A stretch of DNA of 64,000 nt, taken from the NCBI GenBank assembly GCA_964016885.1, contig OZ024741.1, positions 355,942,001-356,006,000 of the forward strand, read 5' to 3'. Position 1 is the first letter of the stretch, and each line of letters opens with the position of its first letter. The notes beneath the pieces are model-generated. The model searched no databases. It was not told the DNA's origin and worked only from the letters and a program-made list of their open reading frames with translations. The DNA is from Eledone cirrhosa. Its lineage: Eukaryota. Made by a program: the position numbers and the translations under genes. Positions 55,355 through 64,000 of the stretch are shown one piece after another.

Positions 55355-56430
55355 CGGGTAAACTTCCCGAGATCCATGGGCGAGTTCTCTCCAGCGGTCT
55401 CTGTCCCTCATTATCGCTGCCATGTCCTGCGTCTCTAACAGACCACTGTCTGTCCTTAGGGCATCAACATATGTTAACTTCGGTCTTCCTCTTCCAGTGA
55501 GTCCATGCAGCGGCTCCCACAGGATGTCGGTGAGCATGTCCAGCTAATCTCAGTCTCCTCTGTTTCACTTTTGAGCTGACTTTTGGGAGGCTCCCGTACA
55601 GCTCTGAGTTCTTCATCCTCAGTCTATACTGATTAATGTTCAGAGGCATCCTCAGAATTCTCGTGTAGCACCCATCCACCATCTGAGTGAGTTTCTTGGT
55701 CAGTGTCCAAGTCTCAGGCACGTACAGCAGCACAGACTCTACTACAGCAACGAAGAGGCGGATCTTCAGGTCTTTACGAATGTCCGACTTCCTTACCGAT
55801 CTCAAGCCGTGGCACGCCGCCCAAGCTTTGCTCTTTCTCTCGACCACATCATCTTGCGTATTCCCAATCTTTGCTCCCAAATACAGGAAGTCCTCAACCA
55901 ATTCTATCGGCTTCCCGCCTACATTAGTAATCTTCTCTGGCTTCTTAATATTATCTACCAGATATTTTGTCTTAATCTTATTTATTCTCAGCCCCACACT
56001 CATCGACACAGTCTCCACCTCCTGCATCAAATCGTCTGCCTCCTTCACTGTGTTTGTCACCAAAACTATGTCGTCGGCGAATTTAGCATCCAATATCTTT
56101 TTTGCCTTAACTCTCCTGCTCTGAGCCGGTGTTACAGTAAAGCCAGAGTCCTGGTGTTTCTCCAGTGAAAGGCGCATACAATAGTCCACTACGATGATTA
56201 AAAGGTAGGGAGCCAATGTATCTCCCTGGAGCACTCCAGCCAGTATCTCAAAGAACTCTGTCATCCCATCAGGTGTAATGACTTGGGATTTGGTGTTGGC
56301 GTAGAGCAGTGATATCAGGTTCACTAGCTTCTTGAGGATTCCATAAGCCTGTAAGATCTTCATCAGGCAGTGACGGTCCACAGAATCAAAGGCCTTCCTA
56401 AAGTCAATGAAAACCATGACCGCAGGAAGG
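55352..56430 (-). mobile_element. RTE-clade LINE, 5'-truncated RT/3' end
   Basis: FIDFRKAFDSV, GVLQGDTLAPYL, FADD, FLYLG, RLRLAGH..R, GRGRPK; ends at (TA)n. Confidence 0.85.
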
Positions 56431-56477
56431 CAACTTGTTCTAGCCCCCCCCCCCCCCTCTCTCTCTCTCTCTATCTA

Positions 56478-56515
<38 letters not shown>

Positions 56516-56601
56516 TGTATGTATATATAATCTCTGGATAATTTCATTATCATCTTATTATGCACAATTGTCATCTCACGTTTATCTCTCTGTTACTTCA
56601 G

Positions 56602-56934
56602 GTTCTTGGAAGAATCTATCCGATGGCTCTTTGCTAATTCAAAAATAAAAACAGCTGAGAAAATTGTCAGAAAGGCAGCTAAACAAAACAAAGTTGACTT
56701 CGATAAAGTCTGGAGTATAGCTTTAAAAGAAATCTCACGACAAGAAGTTGTTAGTCACGTGAACAAAGTCAGTGGTGAATGCCAAAATGGGGAGCCCAAA
56801 GACCAGCTTGATGGCACAACTGTCGACAATATGCAACCACATATTGAAAAAGAAGTCTCAATATTTGTCAAATTAATCGCTATTTTTAAAACACCCTATC
56901 TGAGGAAAGTTATCATAGTTATGTCTTTGGAAAT
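56602..56934 (+). CDS. SLC22-like exon (central cytoplasmic loop)
   Basis: ttcag|G ... AT|gtaaga; FLEESIRWL (cf. PESPRWL)..AAKQNK..IFKTPYLRK; phase 2/2. Confidence 0.88.
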
Positions 56935-57312
56935 GTAAGATTTGCCGTCTTTCTTTATTGTTTTGATTATTCCTATATACCCCTAAGAAGAATTAAACTT
57001 TTTAAAAATATGTTTCCCAATGCAGAGTCTGTAAAATAACCCTAGTATAGAATGCATTTCTTTATGTCTGTTATGTCATTGTATTTACGAGTACGATTCT
57101 GTTTTCCGGTCTGTTTGTCAGTAAAACAATGGTAATTTTTTTCTTTACCTTATGCTTTTCCTGCGATAAATAGAGAAATATTAAATATTTAATTTTAACA
57201 ACGTGTGATCAGCCATATTGTTCATTAAGTGTGTTTGAAAAGGTGGAATGTAAAATTAACGCCTTTCCGTAATTCCTTCGTTGTTAATATAGTTATTTTC
57301 TTGATTTTATAG

Positions 57313-57447
57313 AGCTATAAATCTGATGTCATCGAACGGTATTTTTCTAATGGTGGAGGTTCTTGGTGGCATCATCTATATCACTTTCCCTGTAATATGT
57401 CTACTAGAAATCTTTTTTATGGCTTTCTACGCTTTCTTCGCGAAAAG
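57313..57447 (+). CDS. SLC22-like exon (about TM7-TM8)
   Basis: ttttatag|A ... AG|gtaaga; AINLMSSNGIFLMVEVLGGIIYITF..LLEI..FAKR; phase 2/2. Confidence 0.78.
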
Positions 57448-58159
57448 GTAAGAGATTTAATCTCTATTACGAATGAAATGAAGCACTTATAGAATTCCCT
57501 TTAGTCATAATTGACCATGGTTCTACATTTGTAATAGTCTTCTCCAAAACACAAACCTGAACAAGGTGTTTTGTAGAAGACCAGCTGTTGCCCATGTATG
57601 TAAGACTCCCTTTTTTCTTATAACTTGTATAATAACTCTATATTCATTGTTAGAAAAGAAAAAAAGATAATCATATTTGTATGTGTGTATGTATGTGCGT
57701 ATATGCATGCGTTTGTATGTATTATACTTGTAATTCAAAATTCCAACATTATGTCTCGCTGATTGGGCTCGGGCATTACGTTAAAGGTACACATGTCTGC
57801 TGAGTACTTACCCACTTACACATTAGTTTAGTTGAGCGAACAACTAAATTCTCATCGTCAAAATTGGTGGACAACCCATTGTGTATGTATCTCTGTATCT
57901 ATGTATAAGTGTATGTATGTATGCATCTATGTATCTGTATATAATCGTATGCATGTATATATGTTCTTCTGGTTTTATAGTTTTATAAATATTTACCAAC
58001 ATAGATAGAAGACTCGCTCATTGGAATTTACACAACTAGGTAGATATGTATACATGTCTGCATGGATGCATGTGTGCGGGTATGGATGTTAATGTATGTG
58101 TGGATGTGGATGTTTTGAGTTATATGTGTGCATGTGCATATGCTTTGTATCTGTACATG

Positions 58160-60620
58160 TGTATATGCCGTTATTCGATGCAGAATTTTTGGAATGTTTT
58201 ACATATTTTTAATGTTCCATTAATGCATTATAATTGTAATTTCCTAACTAGTGTTATTTCTGTTTCTGTGAAGCCTAGCTCCTCAAGATTTGTACTGAGG
58301 TAGTTACTAACATATCCCAGTGCCCCAATAATCACAGGTATAAATCTGAAGGTATAGTCAGGGTGGAGTATCTGCAGATTTCTCATTAGTTCTGAATAGA
58401 TATTATCCTTTTCGCTGATCTTTAATATTGTATTGGCATCTGCTGGGCAGTTAACTTCCACTACTGTGCGTACCTTCTTTTCCTTGTGCCATATCATTAT
58501 ATCTGGTCTGTTATATTTACATTTTATTGGGGTTTTGACTGGAACATTCCACCAATACTCTTTCTTATGTATGTATATGTCTTCCATATTGCTGTAACTT
58601 TTAATGTGTTTATTATCGGGGCTATCTTTTCTATGGATTGCATTGTACACTATATCATGCCTCCTAGGTAGATAGTACCGTGATGACATCTTTGGACAGC
58701 TGCTTATTACATGGGTGACATCTTCGATGTTAATTCTGCAGAGTCTGCATTTGCTATCACATCTAGTCTTTTGTGTTGATTTCCTGTTCTTGGATTGCAA
58801 AAGCATATCCTTCAAAATGGGAGCCAATATAGCGGTTGTTAGTCCAAGATAGATTACTTTGTTTATCTATATTACTCTCACTCTGGAGCTTCCTGGCAAC
58901 ATATCCATGCATGACCTTTTGCTGATAAGCATGCAGTTTTTCATCTATGGATTTGCTCGGGTATTGCTGGGAAATTTCCCTGGGTGAGTGTGAGCTTTTG
59001 ATTATCATGCAGGGAGTATCTTTCAAGGAGTTCTTTCCCAACTCTCATGCAAATAGACTTGCTCAGTAGATGAACTCCTACGTTTGGAGGTTCGTAAATG
59101 TTGCCAGAGGGATACGATGCGACATTCAAATGCTGTCTGGACTGATGTTAGGCCTCTGCCTCCCTGCTTACGTTTCAATTAGAAGCGGTCTATGTCACTA
59201 TTGATGTGAAAGTTTCTGTTATTGTTTAGGACTTTTCGAGTTTTAACGTCAATTACTCGGATTTCGTCCATCGTCCAATCGAGTATTCCAAACGTTGGTG
59301 TTAGGACAGGCGCAGCAAACACATTGTGAGCCACTGTTTTATTGTGCGCAGAGAGTTCCCATGACCATATTTTTCTTAATCGGGTGTAATATTCCCTGGT
59401 TTCACGTTCCTTGTTACAAACACCATCACAGGATATATTCTCATCTATCCCTAGGTATCTGTAGTAGTCCTCGTCAGATATCGGTGAAACAGTTAAGCCA
59501 TTGATAAAAATGTTGTTAGATTGGGTTGTAGTTTTTCCCCACTTTACAATCATATATGAACATTTATCTTGGCCAAACTCCATTCCTATATTCTTTGAGA
59601 ATGTTGTAACCAGGTCAAGATTTTTCTTCATCCCATTTATGTTCTTTGCATAGAGTTTCAGGTCATCCACAAAGAAATAATGGGTTAAGTTCGTATTTCT
59701 GTCCTCCCGTGAGCCAATTATGTATCTTTCACATTTCTTGAGCAGAAAGGACAAGGCGTTTAATGACAGGATAAATAGTAGCATAGAGAGACTGTCTCCT
59801 TGAAATATACCGCTGTAATATTCTATTTTATCAGTGAAAATAAAGTCCACCTTCTCTATGTTTAACTTTAGGATAGTAGCCCAAGAAGAAAACAGCTTCT
59901 CTATGGCTCTGATAATAATGTCTGGGACTTTAGCAAGTCGGAGGACCTCTATCATCTAAGATTGGGGAACAGAATCAAAAGCTCTCCTGTAGTCCAGCCA
60001 GATTGTAACCATATTCCTCCTACGTTGTCGCACCTTCGACATCGCAGTTTTGTTTAATTAGTTGTTCACCACACCCCCAAACACCTTTCTTTCCAACTGC
60101 TTATTCATCTGTGATGATGTTATTATTTTCAGTGATCTTGGAGAAATAGGTTCAGGCAGGCTGTATACATCTTATACATCAGGTTCTGGCATGCTATGGG
60201 TCGTTAGTTTTTTGCCAAGTGGGTGTCTTTGTTCTTGGGGACCAGTATTGTTTGTGCTAATGTCAACCATTCTGGTATATACGTATCTCCCTTAAGAACC
60301 TGTTGGTAGAGGTCAGTAAGATACCTCCGATAGAATATCAGTTTTTTGTACCAGTAGCCGACAATCATGTCTCTTCCTGGTGTTTTCTTATCTTGGAGTT
60401 TTCCTATCACAGTCGCAAGGGTATGTTTTTGTTGTAGTATAGGAGCAATAGTTATTTTGGATTTCTTTTAGCCATACTGCATCGTGATTGAAATTCTTCT
60501 TTCCATGCCATATTTTGCTCCAGAAGGAATCTGTCTTTCTGGGATGGGGCCTCAGTGAAATTTATTACTTTGCCTTTCATATCTCTATAGACTGATGCTT
60601 GGTTTCGTCTGAATCTTTTA
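58160..60620 (-). mobile_element. Third, older RLE-type (R4/NeSL-like) non-LTR element, degraded
   Basis: FQGDSLS, FFVDDLKLY, YRYLG, CRLCRINIEDVTHVISSC, RPDI..EVNCP..K..Y, IPVIIGALG. Confidence 0.85.
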
Positions 60621-60974
60621 TGAAGTACTTTTCTTTCATCTACCCCCTTCAGGTATCGACGTTTCTCGCTGACAACTCTCAGTTCTTGTTTGAAGGTGAT
60701 CAGCTTATATCAAAGAGTTCTGGTTCCTGTTTATATGCTCTAGCAACGAGAGTGAAGCATTATCTTGGCGATAGCAGAGATAGCAACACGAACAAAACAC
60801 CACCAAAAATACGATCACATGTAACTAAAATAGAAAAAGAATTGCTGACCTACGAAAACTATAGGATATGTGACAATGCCCCTTACTTACAAATAAAAAC
60901 AAAAACACTTCACTCCTCACCAACAAAGAGTGAAAAATAAAATAGAAACGATATTTGGTGACAGTACAAGAACT

Positions 60975-61195
60975 GTATGTATGTATAAGTATGTATAAAT
61001 GTATGTATGCATGTATATATGTATGCATCTTTGTATGTATGTATGCATGCATGCATCTTTGTATGTATGTATGTATAAATGTATGCATCTTTGTATGTAT
61101 GTATGCATGCATCTTTGTACGTGTGTATGTATGCATGTGTACATGTGCATATTTATGAATATATACTTATGTATTTAGGTGTGTGTGTATGTGTG
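60975..61195. repeat. (GTAT)n/(GCAT)n compound minisatellite
   Basis: Direct inspection. Confidence 0.85.
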
Positions 61196-61513
61196 TAAAA
61201 CAACGCACAAATAAGTTTTAACAAAACATTCACCCCCAGACCCCATAACAAATATAACAAACATAATGGTGACAAACGCACACACTCGAAACAACAACAT
61301 CAATCACAATACCGACAAGCCGGTCAGTGATCATTTAAGTAAACTAAACAAACAGGTACTTTTGTCGACAGGCATATAAAATATGTACGTGTGGAACTGT
61401 GTTGGTGTAGATCTGGGTGTCTGCGGGAATTTTTGGTGGTGTCTATGCTGGTTTGGTTTCTGCGAGCGAGCTAGCTAAAATCTGACCTCTCCTACTCAAC
61501 GATGGCGACCACA

Positions 61514-61583
<70 letters not shown>

Positions 61584-61599
61584 AATAAATTGAGATAAC

Positions 61600-62430
61600 A
61601 CAGCACCTTCTTGATGATGAAGTGTACTCAACGTCTCGGGGTCCATGTCTGTGAGCCACATCAGTGGTGTTACGGGGCCGTTGTTGACAAGTTCTGCCTG
61701 CACCCAGTGTCTTGCCGCCAGAGCGCTGGCCAGTTCCCCCAAAACGCCGCTCTCAACCGACATACTGAAAAGAAGCCTGGACGCAGCTGGCTTTCCATCA
61801 CCAGTGGAGACAGCAGGCCTTGACCGCGGAGATGGCAAGCGTCCCAGTGGAATCACCCTCTTCCCATTCAAAGGAGGTAGATCCCTCACCAGGGGCACCA
61901 CCTGTTGCGATACGTTCTCCGCCTCCAACTTAGTTGCTTCGACCACAAACCCCGGTCCAGCGGCCCGCCTTGCGGAGGAACGAAAAATAAAGAAATACCG
62001 GGGGGCTGTCCGGCCGCTTCCTCTTCGCACCGGTCACAGTGGAGACCTCAGGCGTACTTGGACCCTCTACAGTCGAGCTCCTCTGCAAAATCGGAACTTC
62101 GGTGGTCCGTCTGAAGAAGGACCCCGCGAGGTGGGGGTGTCCCTTGCAGCGGGTGTCGCTTGCCATTGTCCGCGGGAATGATTTTGCGATCATGTCAGTG
62201 GGGCGCAGCCCCTCTACCGGCGCATCCTAGGCTCAGAGCACCATCATCATCACCCTCCCCCCTCCCCATTCTTCTGTGACACTAGAATTCTTGGCATTCC
62301 TTCTCCTTCCTGTTTTTTTCTTTTTCTTTTTTTTTCTTTATATTTCCCTGTTTTACAATCCATTCTTCTCAATCTAAATTTTCAATTCTTTCTTCTATTA
62401 AACTATATTTACACGATAAAATAAATAAGA
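61600..62430 (+). mobile_element. CRE-like non-LTR 3' fragment (RLE domain); second small fragment at 62610-62772
   Basis: GLDRGDGKRPSGIT..CCDTF..AA..AEERK.KKY..VETSGVLGP..LQRVSLAIVRGN. Confidence 0.7.
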
Positions 62431-62769
62431 CAGGATCTGTTTATTTACTTAGCTATGGCCTATATTATATACTTAACTATGACTTATTTCATTTACTTAG
62501 ATATGACCTGCTTATTTGATAAAACCTTTCTTTTTTTGCATTATTATCACATATTTTATTTACTACTACTCTGCTTCATTTACTTAATTATGACCTGTTT
62601 TATGATGATTTGCCCGCGACTAACCCAGGCTCTACTGCACTTCGTGCTAAAGAGGGTAAACTCTCCAAGTATCGGTCGCTCTCCGACAGGTTTGCAGTTG
62701 AGCCCCTAGTAGTGGAGACTTCTGGTCTCCTTAGCCCTAGGGCTACCTCCCTACTTACCACCATAGGCG

Positions 62770-63141
<372 letters not shown>

Positions 63142-63626
63142 AACATAAAATATCGAGATTCGCATTTCGGCCCACGAAATAACGAACAACAACCTCCGAG
63201 ATGTGCGGCAAGTGCTCAATGATTCAGATGAACCAGAGTTATAACAAACGTTAAAGGCCAAACACACTGAGACGATGGTTAAACAATCATTCGCATAGCC
63301 AAAAAAAACGATCAAGTAATTTGGGTATTGAAAATTAACCCGGACCCCTGGAAGGTTGGTAAAATCCAGTATATGGGTTTCTGCGGCTCCTAAATCAAGT
63401 ACCGTCCGCTTACATACATAAGGTTAGGCTTCTGGTAAGATGATTGAACAAGGAAGCCATTTTCTCAACAGGCTTTAGTTCAATGTTAATACAAGGACTG
63501 ACTATTGCTGACCCCACGTGGGAATCGGCAAGGGAGGCAACCCCTATATCAGGCGAATGAATTCAGTTGTGTATATTTTTGCAAGAATGCATATATATAT
63601 ATACATATACATATATATACATATAC

Positions 63627-63732
<106 letters not shown>

Positions 63733-63737
63733 GAATA

Positions 63738-63778
<41 letters not shown>

Positions 63779-64000
63779 ATAATAATAAATTTGAAGACTA
63801 AAATCCAAAGAGGGCTCGATAAGGATAAATATATATCAAATATATAAGAACCGTAGAGCAAATATTTATTAAAATAACAGATTAAAGTTTAAGCAAAGAA
63901 TCGCTGCTTTCACCCTTAACGGGATCTTCTGAAGTCAATCTGTAAACGCAGAAGTGGATATTTAAAAAAACGTTGCAACCGGAGGAAGACAGGAAGACGA

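Overview
Eukaryotic, AT-rich, microsatellite-dense DNA; the repeat content suggests a cephalopod such as Octopus (inference). One host gene is visible: five internal coding exons of a divergent SLC22/organic-cation-transporter-like MFS gene on the + strand (26469-57447). They have phase-consistent GT-AG junctions and a 20.5-kb intron; the first and last exons were not found. Most of the rest is retrotransposon-derived: (i) R4/Dong-like RLE non-LTR elements sitting in (TAA)n tracts, (ii) Tx1/L1-clade elements bordered by (TTA)n, (iii) RTE and CRE-like fragments, (iv) tRNA-derived SINEs, and (v) several Penelope-like elements (PLEs) flanked by (TA)n that carry hammerhead ribozyme (HHR) motifs and palindromes. 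The most striking signal is two diverged, ORF-less elements (22.9-23.6 kb +, 39.0-39.8 kb -). Each has two direct-repeat copies of a 102-nt RNA motif containing all hammerhead core nucleotides in a non-circularly permuted order, with compensatory base changes between the two elements. This is a candidate rearranged-hammerhead retrozyme family. All structures were folded by eye; no database searches were run.
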